The notes: generated from the sequence alone by a model not told the origin. 64,000 nt of DNA from Octopus vulgaris (GCA_951406725.2 OX597832.1:47864001-47928000), one strand, 5' to 3'; shown: positions 39,207 through 52,202, counted from the stretch's first letter. A program made the numbers and translations.

Positions 39207-39781
39207 TGGCAGAAACGTTAGCACACCGGGCGAAAGGCGTAGCTGTATTTCGTCTGCCGTTAAGTTCTGGGTTCAAATTCCGCCAAGGTCGACTTTGCCT
39301 TTCATCCTTTCGGGGTCGATAAATTAAGTGCCAGTTACGCACTGGGGTCGATGTAATCGACTTAATCCATTTGTCTGTCCTTGTTTGTCCCTTCTGTGTT
39401 TAGCCCCTTGTGGGTAGTAAAGAAATAGGTATTTCGTCTGTCGTTACATTCTGGGTTCAAATTCCGCCGAGTTCGACTTTGCCTTTCATCCTTTCGGGGT
39501 CGATAAATTAAGTACCAGTTACGCACTGGGGTCAATGTAATCGACTTAATCCGTTTGTCCCCTTTGTGTTTAGCCCCTTGTGGGTAGTAAAGAAATAGGT
39601 ATTTCGTCTGCTGCTACGTTCTGAGTTCAAATTCTGCCGAGGTCGACTTTGCCTTTCATCCTTTCGGGGTCGATTAAATAAGTACCAGTTACGCACTGGG
39701 GTCGATGTAATCGACTTAATTCGTTTGTCTGTCCTTGTTTGTCCCCTCTGCGTTTAGCCCCTTGTGGGTAGTAAAGAAATA
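39207..39781 (+). mobile_element. SINE family B, three tandem body units
   Basis: Same architecture as 571-1168. Confidence 0.85.
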
Positions 39782-39993
39782 TATAATGAAGGAACTTAAA
39801 AGGTGTTTAAACATTTAGTATTAAAAACGTGAAATTTTTTAAAATATTATTATGCTGTTATATACTGTGCATTGTTTCATTTTAATTTTTATATAAATTA
39901 TCTTTTTTTTTTTTCATTTGTTTCCTAAAGCTCTCATGATGTTCCATCCAAACTTTCAGTAACCTGCACCAGGTGGCAGCAGCTGGTGACAGT

Positions 39994-40154
39994 ATGTGGC
40001 CATTGTTACTGGACTTATCTCGGGATGAGTCTAAACGGATTTTACGCCGCCTGGAGCTTGAAGCCTACTCTTCCCTCATCTCTGCATTCAGAGCACAAGG
40101 AATTCTCACCAAAGATAAGAAAAAGATACTCAAAGACCTACAGCATGCTTTGAG
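39994..40154 (+). CDS. EMSY: EMSY coding exon 1 (start of ENT domain)
   Basis: MWPLLLDLSRDESKRILRRLELEAYSSLISAFRAQG matches the ENT domain; acceptor tttcctaaag ends at 39930; donor AG|gtttgt. Confidence 0.95.
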
Positions 40155-40296
40155 GTTTGTGCCAAACCAGTGTTGATTCTTGTTTTGTTATTGTGTTGTG
40201 TTTTTGGTTTTGCTATTTGAAATATAATAATTCTTGTATTCCTAACTGTTCCTTGAAGATGTATTCCTATTCATGAATGTCATTTCCTTATTGCAG

Positions 40297-40371
40297 CATA
40301 TCTACAGAGCGGCACCGTGCTGAGGTGCGAAGAGCTGTCAACGATGAACAGTTAGCAACAATAGCAGATAA
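40297..40371 (+). CDS. EMSY: EMSY coding exon 2
   Basis: (S)ISTERHRAEVRRAVNDEQLATIAD; ttgcag acceptor, gtgagt donor, phase-compatible. Confidence 0.95.
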
Positions 40372-40499
40372 GTGAGTATATCATGTCTGTCTATCTGCCT
40401 GCCTTCCTGTCTATCTATCTATCAGCTATCTATCTATCTTTCTACTTAGGTACATAACCAAGTAAATATCAAACAATGAGAATGGGTGCTCAATTTTTA

Positions 40500-41315
40500 G
40501 GAGCACTCCGTCGGTTACGACGATGAGGGCCCCAGCTGATACGATCAACGGAACAGCTTGCTCGTGGAATTAACGTGCAAGTGGCTGAGCACTCCACAGA
40601 CACGTGTACCCTTAACATAGTTCTCGAGGAGATTCAGCGTGACACAGAGTGTGACACGGCTGGCCCCTTTGAAATACAGGTATAACAGAAACAGGAAGAA
40701 AGAGTGAGAGAAAGTTGTGGTGAAAGAGTACAGCAGGGTTCACCACCACCCCCTGCAGGAGCCTTGTGAAGCTTTAGGTGTTTTCGCTCAATAAACACTC
40801 ACAATGCCCGGTCTGGGAATCGAAACCGCGATCCTACGACCGCGAGCCCACTGCCCTAACCACTGGACCATACTGTATTGATGGCTAAAGAGTCTGTATT
40901 TATGGGATAAAGCTAGCATTGGTTTCATGTTAAAGAAGCCTGTAACAATTATCAAGTCTATCACACGGAGCATCAGTGTTCATCTCCAATCCAATACACA
41001 CATACATGTATTATATATATATATATATATCTGGAGACACAATGGCCCAGTGGTTAGGGCAGCGGACTCACGGTCAGAGGATCGCGGTTTCGATTCCCAG
41101 ACCGGTCATTGTGTGTGTTTATTGAGCGAAAACACCTAAAGTTCCATGAGGCTCTGGCTCGGGGTGGTGGCGACCCCTGCTGTACTCTTTCGCCGCAACT
41201 TTCTCTCACTCTCTCTTCTATTGGCCTGCTCGCTTAGCCAGCAGGGTGGCGTCATTTCAAGGCTAAAACAATGCGAAGCGCATTGTGACCAGCTGATGTG
41301 TAACAACATCTGATA
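40500..41315. mobile_element. Two related tRNA-headed SINEs in inverted (head-to-head) orientation
   Basis: Minus copy about 40500-40870 and plus copy about 41033-41315 share the head tggcccagtggttagggcagcggactc...ggtttcgattcccagacc and following ~80 bp. Confidence 0.75.
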
Positions 41316-41789
41316 GTATGTATGACATACATACATACATACATACATATGATAGGCAGATGCACAGGATAGGAGCAGGCATGGCTGTGTGGTTAAGAAT
41401 TTTGTTTCTCAACCTCATGGTTTGGGGTTCCATCTCACTCGACACGTTCCACTGTGGTCCTGGGCTGACCAATGCTTTGTGAGCAAATTTATGTATGTGA
41501 GTGTATTTATTTATGTAATTGTATATATGTAGTGTGTGTATATATATATATGTATATGAGTACACAACTGTCTGTCTGCGGGAACATTTATACTCTGTAA
41601 CAGTTTGTAATTGATAAACAGTGGGCTACGAACAATGGAGTTTGAGTTCTCGGTCAGCAAATTATCCAAAAGCCCCGCAATTTCAAACACGTGAAATAAA
41701 TTTGGCAATGATGACTATGATGATCTGAGAGAAGAATCGGTCTTAACTTTTGCAGTAACAGCAGCTGCTGCCACCATTATTGTTTTGTA

Positions 41790-42105
41790 ATTAGTTGGAA
41801 AGTGTAACCCCTCGAAAGAGCTGTTCTTCACTCCTGCTCCAGAGCGCCGGCTGCGGGGGTCACTCCAAAAAAACTCTATCTGCGACGATTTCATCTCAAT
41901 CGAAGGAGAGGGGCTTTCTCCGTCCGGGTTGCGGTTCCGTGGAATAAGCTGCCGGACGAGATAGTGAAGATGCCGACGACCGCTCGGTTCAAAGTCTCTC
42001 TTGACCAGAAATGGCCTGAACTCTTTGCATGAACACCCTCCCTGTACATAACTCCATGGCCTTGCTTTTTTGCTTTTTGAGCCAAAAAATTAACTTAACT
42101 TAACT
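41790..42105 (+). mobile_element. CR1 LINE 3' end (second family) with (TTAAC)n tail
   Basis: RGHSKKLYLRRFHLNRRRGAFSVRVAVPWNKLPDEIV...; the tail abuts the EMSY exon 3 acceptor. Confidence 0.8.
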
Positions 42106-42124
42106 TTTCCTCCTTGTATTTCAG

Positions 42125-42300
42125 AATGTGTGGGCCAAGTACGGATGCTGACTGGCTGATTGAAGGCCGGCGTCTTATCCCCCTGATGCCTCGCTTAGTC
42201 CCACAGACGGCTTTCACTGTCACTGCTAACCAAGCAGTTAACCTACAAGTGGAGAAGAATGCTGCAATGCCCAATCCTATGCACACTGGTAACAAAGATT
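42125..42300 (+). CDS. EMSY: EMSY coding exon 3 (region of HP1-binding motif)
   Basis: MCGPSTDADWLIEGRRLIPLMPRLVPQTAFTVTAN; tttcag acceptor, gtaagt donor. Confidence 0.95.
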
Positions 42301-43040
42301 GTAAGTCAATATCTCTTCCCCTTTTTCTTTTCATATGCAAAACGCTTTCTTGCATATCATCATCATCATCGTTTAACGTCCGCTTTCCATGCTAGCATGG
42401 GTTGGACGATTTTGACTGAGGGCTGGCGAACCAGATGGCTGTACCAGGTTCCATTTTTATTCAAATTTACTTTCAATTTAGCATTCTGCCTTATTATAAT
42501 TTTTTCTCTCCTCTCATTTCTCCACGTGTGGTCAACACAACCTCACCATTTATTATTGATTCGTATATTTACATATATATGAGGTGGTATCAAAAACAGT
42601 TCCAGGGCTAGCTCCACCTTCTTTCCCTTTACAACCCAGTTAACTCTTTAGCATTTAAACTGGCCAGATCTACCCTCTCACACCTACTCCACAATCTTGT
42701 TCTAAAACTATACAATCATATCACTTAAATTTCAAAGCTGTAAGATAATGCATGATTAATTCAAAACAATCATCATCATCATCATCATTTAACGTCCACT
42801 TTCCATGCTAGCATGGGTTGGACGATTTTGACTGAGGGCTGGCAAACCAGATGGCTGCACCAGGCTCCAATCTTGATCTGGCAGAGTTTCTACAGCTGGA
42901 TGCCCTTCCTAATATCCCAACCACTCCGAGAGTGTAGTGGGTGCTTTTTATGTGCCACCGGCACGGGGGCCAGTCAGGCGATTAATTAATCCTTTAGCAT
43001 TCAGATTACTTGGTCAATTGTAATGCTTATTTATTGACAT

Positions 43041-43620
43041 TGTAAAAAGCATCTAGTCTACACTGTGAAGTGGTTGGCATTTGGAAGGGCGTCCAGCTGT
43101 AAAAACCATGCCAAAACTGACCTCGCCTGTGCTGGTACCATGTAAAAAGCAGTCAGTCCACTCTTTGGGGTCGTTGGTGTTTGGAAGGGTATTCACCTGT
43201 AAAAAAACATGCCAAAACTGACCTCGCCTGTGCTGGTACCATGTAAAAAGCACTCAGTCCACTCTTTGGGGTGGTTGGTGTTTGGAAGGGCATCCAGCTG
43301 TAAAAACCATACCCAAACTGACCTCGCCTGTGCTGGTACCATGTAAAAAACACTCAGTGCACTCTTTGGGGTGGTTGGTGTTTGGAAGGGCATCCAGCTG
43401 TAAAAACCATACCCAAACTGACCTCGCCTGTGCTGGTACCATGTAAAAAACACTCAGTCCACTCTTTGGGGTGGTTGGTGTTTGGAAGGGCATCCAGCTG
43501 TAAAAACCATACCCAAACTGACCTTGCCTGTGCTTGTGCCATGTAAAAAGCACTTAGTCCACTCTTTGGGGTGGTTGGTGTTTGGAAGGGCATCCAGCTG
43601 TAAAAACCATGCCAAAACAG
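43041..43620 (+). repeat. ~100-bp tandem repeat (about 5.8 copies) inside a family C-like element
   Basis: Unit tgtaaaaagcactcagtccactctttggggtggttggtgtttggaagggcatccagctg...gtgctggtacca at 43041, 43141, 43242, 43342, 43442 and 43542. Confidence 0.9.
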
Positions 43621-44767
43621 ACAGTCTGATGCTGTCTTCTGCCTGGCCAGCGTCTGTCAAACTGTCCAACCCATGCCAGCATGGAAGGCAGATGTTAAAT
43701 GATGATGATGGTGATTGCTTTGAATTAAGCATACATTATCTTGTAGCTTTGAGATTTCATTGATGTGATTTTTATCTTTTACTAGTTTCAGTCATTCGAC
43801 TGCGACCATGCTGGGGCATCATCTCGAAGAATTTTTAGTTGAATGTATCAACCCTATATCGTTTTTTGTTTTTTTAAAGCCTGGTGCTTATTCTATCAGT
43901 TTCTTTGCTGAATTGCTAAGTTACAGGGGTATAAACATACCAGCACAGGTTGTCAATCGGTGGGGGGATAGATCAAACACATACATACGCATGATGGGCT
44001 TCTTTCAGTTTCTGTTTACCAAATCTACTCACAAGGCTGTGGTCAGCCCAAGGTACCATGTAGTGGAACTGAACTGAAGTGGTAACCATGTTCTATGGAC
44101 ACAAATGGGTCTCTTGAGGCCCGCTGGTGCCAAACAGACCATTTTGGTAAATGGAACAATTTGAGGACTCAGTTTGCTCGAGTGCTTGTGGATCATTTGA
44201 TATGTGTTTTCTGGGGGTGGATGGCAAGGCCGGCTTTGCTTTGTGCCACAAAACCACAATGACAGGTAAGGTTTCCATTTAGAGGAACAGCATTATGTGT
44301 GTTAGTGTTGTGTTAGTGTTGTTTACATCCCTGTAATATAGCAGTTCAGGAAAAGAGACTGAGAAAATAAGTGCCATGCTTAGAAGAAATATAACTACTA
44401 GGGTTGATACATTCCTCTAAAAGGTTCTTCGAGGTGGTGCCCCCAACATGCTCGCAGTCTAATGACTGAAGCTAATGAAAAGATAAAATATGGCACATAA
44501 AAAGCACCATCCAATCGTGGCCGTTTGCCAGCCTCAACTGGCACGTAAAAAGCACCCACTACACTTATGGAGTGGTTGGCATTAGGAAGGGCAACATCCA
44601 GCTGTAGAAACATTGCCAGATCAGACTGGGCCTGGTGCAGCCTTCTGGCTTCCCAGACCCAAGTTGAACCGTCCAACCCATGCCAGCATGGAAAGCAGAT
44701 GCTAAACGATGATGATGTTGTTGTTTGTTTATGTTAACCAATATTACTTCTGTTATCTTTTTACAAG

Positions 44768-45006
44768 GGGGTGTTATTCCTGAAGATGAAGAAGAAACGT
44801 GCAGTCGGAAGAAAAGAAGCATGTCGGTGGATAATATAAGTTCGGTCTGTGCCGGAACCCAGACACCCCGTGCCACCACTGCATCCGCCTCCTCTTCAAC
44901 GTCATCGAACACCCTGCAAGGTATGTCTCCCGTCAAGATCACCATCAGCAAGAACTCTCAGACGAGAAACCAGAACACCAGTGCTGTTGCAACGCAGACC
45001 CAAAAA
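44768..45006 (+). CDS. EMSY: EMSY coding exon 4
   Basis: GVIPEDEEETCSRKKRSMS...MSPVKITISK...TQTQK; tacaag acceptor, gtaagg donor. Confidence 0.88.
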
Positions 45007-46195
45007 GTAAGGACATTACTCTTTTTTTTTAGCTTAGAGAGAAATGTTTATGTATGTACAAGCACAGAGATGTATGATTGTGAAACTTGGCTTTTCTTCA
45101 TCATCATCATCGTTTAATGTCCGCTTTCCATGCTAGCATGGGTTGGACGGTTCATCTGGTGTCTGGGAAGCCAGAAGGCTGCACCAGGCTCCAGTCTGAT
45201 CTGGCAGGGTTTCTACAGCTGGATGCCCTTCCTAACGCCAACCACTCCGTGAGTGTAGTGGGTGCTTTTTACGTGCCACCGGCATGGAGACCAGACGAGG
45301 CTGGCAAACGGCCACAATCGGATGGTGCTTTTTACGTGCCACCGGCACGGAGGCCAGACGAAGCTGGCAACGGCCACGATCAGATGGATGGTGCTTTTTA
45401 CGTGCCACCGGCACTGAGACCAGACGAAGCTGGCAAACGGCCACGATCAGATGGTGCTTTTTATATGCCACCGGCACGGAGGCCAGTCAGGGCAGCGCTG
45501 GCTACAGCCACATTCGGATGGTTCTTTTATGTGCCACCGGCACCGGTATCACAGCTACAAATTCCATTGATGTTGATCGATTGCGGCATTATTTACATTT
45601 ATGCTAATTTGTGTCTACAATAGTGCCACTGTGTTCATCGTACATGTGTATTGTGTGTACTCCTGTTTCCACTCCATGTGTTGATTGTAAAAGGGCATCA
45701 CTATCATACAGGTAATGCCTTGCAATTCCTGTTTACCATGGTGAAATATTACCTTTGCTGAGAAACAGGTAACAGTTGATGACAAGAAGGGAATCCAGCC
45801 AAGAAAATTTGCCTTATCAAATTCCGTCTGACCCATGCAGGTGTGAAAAAGTAAATGTTAAAACAACAATGTGGATGATGATGTTGACTTCACTTTGCTG
45901 TTGGAAATATATATCAGGCCATTTTAGAATGGCTGTGTGGTTAGGGAGCTTGCTTCCTAGCTACATGGTTTCGGGTTCAGTCCCACTGCGTGGCACTTTG
46001 GGTAGGTGTCTTCCGCTATAGCCCCGAGCCGACCGAAGCTTTGTGATTGAATTCGGTAGGTGGAAGTTACTGCCATGTGTGTATATGTGCGTATAGGTGC
46101 TTGTGCCTCTCCAAAAGAGAGAGAGGGTACCATTTCTTTTTAGAACATTCTATGTTCTTGGAGGACTAATTTTTATTTTTTCTCCTTTCCTACAG

Positions 46196-46439
46196 GTGAT
46201 ATTGGTGTCCACTTCTGGTTCTGGTTCGAGCACTGGCCCCAATGTATTACCAAAGTCCATTTCTTTGCCTCTTGTTAAAACAATCCCAACAATGACGACC
46301 AGTGGCAGTGGTCATCCAAAGATGTCCATTGTGATGCCCAGCACAAACACAAGTCCTGGAAGTGTTTCCATCTCCAACGGTAACCTTGGAAACATCATCA
46401 CTGTGGTCACTACATCAAATACGTCTTCAAAGTCTACCT
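46196..46439 (+). CDS. EMSY: EMSY coding exon 5
   Basis: VILVSTSGSGSSTGPNVLPKSISLPLVKT...; ctacag acceptor, gtgagt donor, phase 0 to 1. Confidence 0.88.
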
Positions 46440-46493
46440 GTGAGTTTCTGCAGTATTTATATGCTGATTGCTCTATCAGTGTCTTTTTTTTTA

Positions 46494-46716
46494 TTAACCC
46501 TTTCGTTACCAACCCGGCTGAAAACCGGCTCTGAGTGCAAATGTCTTGTTTTCGTAAGTTCTGAATTAAAATCTTCCACCAAACCTTAGTCACAATTCAT
46601 GTTCCCAACACTAGTTTAAAGATAACTAAGTTATTTTACTAAATTCTTTGTTATATTTAAAGTAATTGAAAGAAACACAGAGCATCTCAAAATAAATACA
46701 GTAACGAAAGGGTTAA
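46494..46716. mobile_element. piggyBac-type MITE (second family)
   Basis: ttaa-ccctttcgttac ... gtaacgaaaggg-ttaa; further copies at about 56340, 56582 and 59433. Confidence 0.85.
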
Positions 46717-47109
46717 CTTGTTTTTTGTTTTTTTTTTTGTTTTTTTCTGTATAATAAAGCGAACAGGAATGTGTGTGTGTATATGAGAGAGAGAGAGAGA
46801 TCGACTAAAAAGTGTCTTGGAGAAAGACTTGCAAACATTTAATATTTTTGTAATAGTGAAAAGCCCATAGTTTCAGTCAGTCAGGAAAGTGCAATGGTGG
46901 GGTTGCTTCTGATAGGACCCTGTAGAGGAGGTATCTGAGAATTCTACACCCACAACTCTCCCAAGAGTGGTGGATAGGGAAAATGGATGGATAGATGTTT
47001 GGTTGTTGACAAAAACCACAAGGCCATTAGGAAATATCGAGGCCCGGCAATCACAATCCTGGTGCTCTGAAAGTGATCTTCTATATGTCATGTGCTACCT
47101 TGTACCCAG

Positions 47110-47410
47110 GGCTGGATCTACCACTGGATGGATTCGGATGAAATTTTCAGGGATGTTTGGCCTCGTGACTGGCACAAACTAATTAGATTTTAGGATCGAA
47201 CTGATATCGAACAAGGATCTTGGATTATTTTTCCTTTTATTTTACTTAATTTTTGAGAGTGGCCTGGTTCATTTTTAGTGTTCTCGTGTGTGAGACCAGT
47301 CGAATTTATTTCAGATATTCTCCTTTTAAAAAATCATCTCTGGCTAATTGTTGAGAGGCTGGTGGTGTTGCCTTGGTAGAGGTTTGCACTCTCTGAGTGC
47401 TCTTGTTGTA
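47110..47410 (+). mobile_element. Possible Helentron-associated (DINE/HINE-like) element remnant
   Basis: ctggatggattcggatgaaattt... ending ggtagaggtttgcactctctgagtgctcttgttg, resembling the end motif of this class as I recall it. Confidence 0.45.
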
Positions 47411-48116
47411 TATATTTCATTGATTTTTAAGAAATAAATTTTAAAATTTTCCTTTACAAATGACTTCAAATAGCTCCTTTGTTTATTCATATTTCTAAAA
47501 CCTTTCTTTGGGAAATCCCCAGCTTGTTGGGCTCACTTCGCATGCCACCCCACCCTGTGGAAGCGGGTGGAGACGTTTAAAATTTGATTCACCTAGGGCA
47601 TCATTTACCTCAGGGCCCTGCTTACCTGAATTCTAGCTGCTTGCCTTATAACTCAAATACTTCAGTATTTTTCTTATTCCTACACTGACTACTTCAGTTG
47701 TTCTGTTCATTTCTATCATGTATGCATCTCTGTCTTGCATCATATGGAAGTAAGAATATTGGGATCAAATTTTGGCACAAGGCCCCCAGGGAGAGAGATG
47801 TAAGTCAATTACATTGATCCTAGTGTTCAACTGGTACTTACTTTATCAACCCCCCGAAAAGATGAAAAGCAAAGTCAACATTGGTGGAACTTGAACTCAG
47901 AACATAAAGACAGGCGAAACGCCACTAAGCATTTTGCCTGGTGTGCTAGTGATTTTGCCAGACTCTTGTCATTGATATTGGGTGATAAATTTTGAATTAG
48001 CGCTAACTGACCATGTTTGGACATCGTTTTTCATTTCTCTTGAATCATCTTTTTTTCTCTTTATCTTCCTTCTCTCTCCCTCTCTCTCTGAATAGAAATT
48101 TCCATTTTGTTTGCAG

Positions 48117-48226
48117 CAACAAATACAACGGCTGTTCTTGGTACTCCTTCTGCAGCATTTTTACCATCATCTATAAACATTTCTAAACCCAGACCAAAAT
48201 CAGTTCCAAGACAGAAGCTCCCTCAG
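48117..48226 (+). CDS. EMSY: EMSY coding exon 6
   Basis: (S)TNTTAVLGTPSAAFLPSSINISKPRPKSVPRQKLPQ; ttgcag acceptor, gtaaac donor, phase 1 to 0. Confidence 0.82.
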
Positions 48227-49079
48227 GTAAACTATTTTATTTATTTGCTTATTTTTATCTCTCTCTCTTAATATTTGATTAAATTGTTTGTTATTATTAT
48301 TATTATTTTAACTAAGTACCTGTGAACAGGTTGTACAAGAACACTGAAAGGTCTCAATGCAGTTAAATTATTTAACCCTTTAGCATTTAGACCAGCCATA
48401 TCTGACCCAATTATTCTACTTTTTTTATGTTCAAATTTTTGTCTGGTTTCCAAAGCATCAAGTGCAGAAAATAAACTTTCTTATCTTCCATTTTAAAGGG
48501 TTACAGAATTAACACAGGTTATAGGAACATAAACCTTCTTCCATGAAAAGATAGCTTAAACTGTGCTCTAAATGGAGCTGTAGTAAAATCCTATTTTATG
48601 GACTCAACCATGTTCTAAAATCAAAACCGCGATCCTCTGACCGCGAGTCCGCTGCCCTAACCACTGGGCCATTGCGCCTCCACTATATATAATATACAAA
48701 GTACAAATATATAAACACTTAAGCCTTTGAATGGACATATCTGGCCCAAATATTCTACCTGTTTTACGCCAAAAGAGGCCAGATTCGGTCTCTCGGACTC
48801 ACCCACCTGTGTCATTCTAAAAATATGCAGTCGCATTATTGAAACCTCAGAGCTACAAGGTAACACATAATTAATTGAAAACAGTGTGAATAAATAAACA
48901 TGACATTTGACAGGGTAATCTGAATGCTAAATGGTTGATGAATTACAAAGACAGCTATTTGGCTTTGACGTGCATATCAGAGGATGGAGAGAGAAAGAAA
49001 TAAAGTGCCAGTCATATCAGTAAATGTTGTATTTTGCATGTTGTCTCTTACTGTGGTGCTCCTCTTGGTATTTTCACAG

Positions 49080-49212
49080 TTTGGTCAAAAACCTGGCGTT
49101 GTGATCCCTGTTGGCCAGCAACCATTACATTCTCCCCAAGGAAACCAGTCTGTACAGAGTATCCAAATAAAACCAAACACAAAGTCAGCGATCCAGATTA
49201 AGCATGAAGGAG
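49080..49212 (+). CDS. EMSY: EMSY coding exon 7
   Basis: FGQKPGVVIPVGQQ...AIQIKHEG; ttcacag acceptor, gtaagc donor. Confidence 0.85.
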
Positions 49213-50069
49213 GTAAGCTATTGTGCCAATGCGTATACATACGTGATTCTTTTCTCTTTGTGTGTAGTGTGTGTGTGTGTATGTGCAGTGGGGGTGGGGT
49301 TGTAAATTTGTAAATTATTAGTTATAACATCAATGGAAATTGCAGCTGTGATACCAGTGCCGGTGGCACGTAAGCGAACCATCCGAATGTGGCTGTTGCC
49401 AGCGCCGCCTCGACGGGCCTCCATACTGGTGGCACGTAAAAAGCACCATCCGACCGTGGCCATTTGCCAGCCTCGCCTGGCCCCCGTGCCAGTGGCATGT
49501 AAAAAGTACCATCCAACTGTGGCCATTTGCCAGCCCTGTCTGGCACCTGTGCCAGTGGCACGTGAAAAGCACCATCCGATTGTGACCATTGCCGGCCTCG
49601 CCTGACCCTGTGCCGGTGGCATGTAAAAAGCACCATCCAACCGTGGCCGTTTGCCAGCCCCGTCTGGCGCATGTGCCGGTGGCACGTAAAAAGCACCCAC
49701 TACATTCACGGAGTGGTTGGCGTTAAGAAGGGCATACAGCTGTAGAAACACTGCCTGATCAGACTGGGCCGGGTGCAGCCTTCTGGCTTCCCAGACCCCA
49801 GTTGAACGATCCAACCCATGCTAGCATGGAAAGCGGACACTAAATGATGATAGTTACATAACCATAGTTACTGTCTCTGACCTTTTCTGTTCCTCTCTCT
49901 GTCTTCATCATTTTAATATCAAGTTTTCCATGCTTGCATGGGTTTGAATGGAGTTCATTGGGGGCAGGTTTTTTTTTTGTTTCTTTTTACGGGATGTCCT
50001 TCCTTACCTGTATTGAAGCCAGGTAAATATTTCCCCATGGCCAGACATGTTCTTGCAGAATATTAGAAA

Positions 50070-50442
50070 CAAGCACTATGACACGTCAATGCTGGGTTAT
50101 AGTGCTAGTGCATGCATATACAGCTGCGTGCATGTGCACATACATGCGAGTACTGTCCAAATCTCTGACCAATCACATACAGCTAGCTGGCATTCAATTG
50201 GCATATCAAGTTTTGGGCATTTTGATTGGGTTTTGGATAGAAAATTCACAAAAAAGTCACTTCTGTTGATTTTTTTAATGGCTTTGCAGGGTGACTGGGG
50301 AAATGTTAAGATGTGCACGACCACCCTTGGACGGTTTTGAATGACCATAGAAAGTGCGAGCCCCCTAACTGAAAAATTGTGGATTTGTATAAAGGACACA
50401 CACACACACACACAGACATTTTGCCGTTTATATATAGAAAGA
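50070..50442 (-). mobile_element. Non-autonomous Helitron-like element
   Basis: Minus strand starts a|tctttctatatataaa...(TG)n and ends in a degenerate hairpin plus cttg|t (CTAG-like). Confidence 0.55.
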
Positions 50443-51170
50443 TGAATAATACTGCTTGTGTGACTGACAATCATTTTACAACTATCTGGTGATGCCAAAA
50501 CAAACACACACACACACACGATGGGCTTCTTTGTGTTTCCATCTACCAGACTCACTCTCAAGGCTTTGGTTGGCCTGCAGCTATAGAGAAGATACTTACA
50601 CACAGTACCACAAGGTGGGATTGAACCTGAAACTTCTCAGCCAAACAGCCATAGCTGTGCCTCTCTTTTTTTCTTTCTCAACATTCTATTTCTTCTACAT
50701 TCATCATCATCTTCGTTTAACGTCCGCTTTCCATGCTAGCATGGTTTGGACGATTTTGACTGAGGGCTGGCGAACCAGATGGCTGCACCAGGCTCCAATC
50801 TTGATCTGGCAGAGTTTCTACAGCTGGATGCCCTTCCTAACGCCAACCACTCCGGGAGTGTAGTGAGTGCTTTTTACGTGCCTCTCGCATATACATCTCA
50901 GAACAATATCTCCTTGATCCCTTTAGAAGATTTAAAGATTAAAATCAATTGTCTACTGACTTTCTTTAGATCAAGAGCCTAAATAAAATACAGATAAAAA
51001 CAACATCCAAGCAATGACCTTTGTCCAGTATTTTTTCTATTGTAGAAATCTTGGTGGAATTCCAGTTCAAGCATCCCATATAACCCCTCATATCTCTTTC
51101 TGTTTTGAATTTACAAAAAGGTTTTGTGATGTGTTCTACACATAGGAATTCATGTAATTATAAAAAAAGA

Positions 51171-51584
51171 GGATCTTTTCGGTTTGAACGGCAGTTTTTT
51201 CTAGTGGTGTCATATGAAATTGTCACCCATAATTATGACCCTAGTATCGGTCTATTGCATTTCAATCTGTTTTAGGGTTAGGGGTGGGGGGAAGGGTATC
51301 TTTTTTACTTCACAAATGTAAATAAACCCAATCTGTTTCTTAAGCGAGGGACATATTCATACGGCACAGAATGTTTTTTTTTACCTCAATGGACGTCACT
51401 GATTGGTTGAAATTGCAGAAATTGAAGAAAAAAAACAACAAATATCTTACAAACTATAGAATTTTCTCAATAAAGCCAAGAGAAAAAGATGTTTTATAAA
51501 CACATTCTACCAGTATACGAAGTTTAAAATTTTTTAATTACCTAGAAATTATGTTAAAAACTGCCGTTCAAACTGAAAAGGTCC
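51171..51584. mobile_element. Merlin-like MITE with 8-bp TSD
   Basis: ~29-bp TIR ggatcttttcggtttgaacggcagttttt / aaaaactgccgttcaaactgaaaaggtcc; TSD aaaaaaga on both sides. Confidence 0.85.
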
Positions 51585-52043
51585 AAAAAAGAAAGTTTTT
51601 TTAAATATTTAACCACACCTAGATCCTAAAAGTTTTGCTTGATTTTGAATTTTTTAAATAAAATTAAAAATTAAAATAGGGACAGTCTGAAATTTTTGGC
51701 TGGAATCCACCCTTGGTTGCATCACCATTCCAGGAATTGTGTTTATAAGGAGAAAACTATTGAAGAAAATCAATCCATGTCAGAGTGACAATAAAATGAA
51801 GAAGTTATCAGGTGGTTATGAGTTGTGCTAAAAATAACAGCTAAATCGCCCTTAAATCACAAAAAAAATTTTTATTTTGTTCATAATTATATGGATTCCT
51901 GTGTGTAGAACATAAATAACTTCACAACAATTTTCAGCAAATTCCCAAAAAATTTTTTTAAATGTTACAAGGGGTTCAGAATTCTGCCAAAACCCCTCTT
52001 TATATTTTGTCTAATATTTATTTATTTGTCCATTTTTCCCTAG

Positions 52044-52202
52044 GCATGAAGATAATAACCCAGAGTGTCCCACCCACTGGTAGTAAAATATTACCCAAGC
52101 CAACCCAATCTGGGACACCAGTGGTAGTCGTTAGTGGAGTCTCCACAACTACTACTGCCACTACAGTTTCTATGGTGACTAGGCCTGTCTCCACTATTTC
52201 AG
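52044..52202 (+). CDS. EMSY: EMSY coding exon 8
   Basis: GMKIITQSVPPTGSKILPKP resembles vertebrate EMSY GVKIITQ...SKILPKP; ccctag acceptor, gtattt donor. Confidence 0.9.

Noticed and set aside
44095-44270. Possible extra EMSY exon ending at cag|gtaag
   Set aside because: No good acceptor, the longest frame stops before the donor, and it has no EMSY-like composition.
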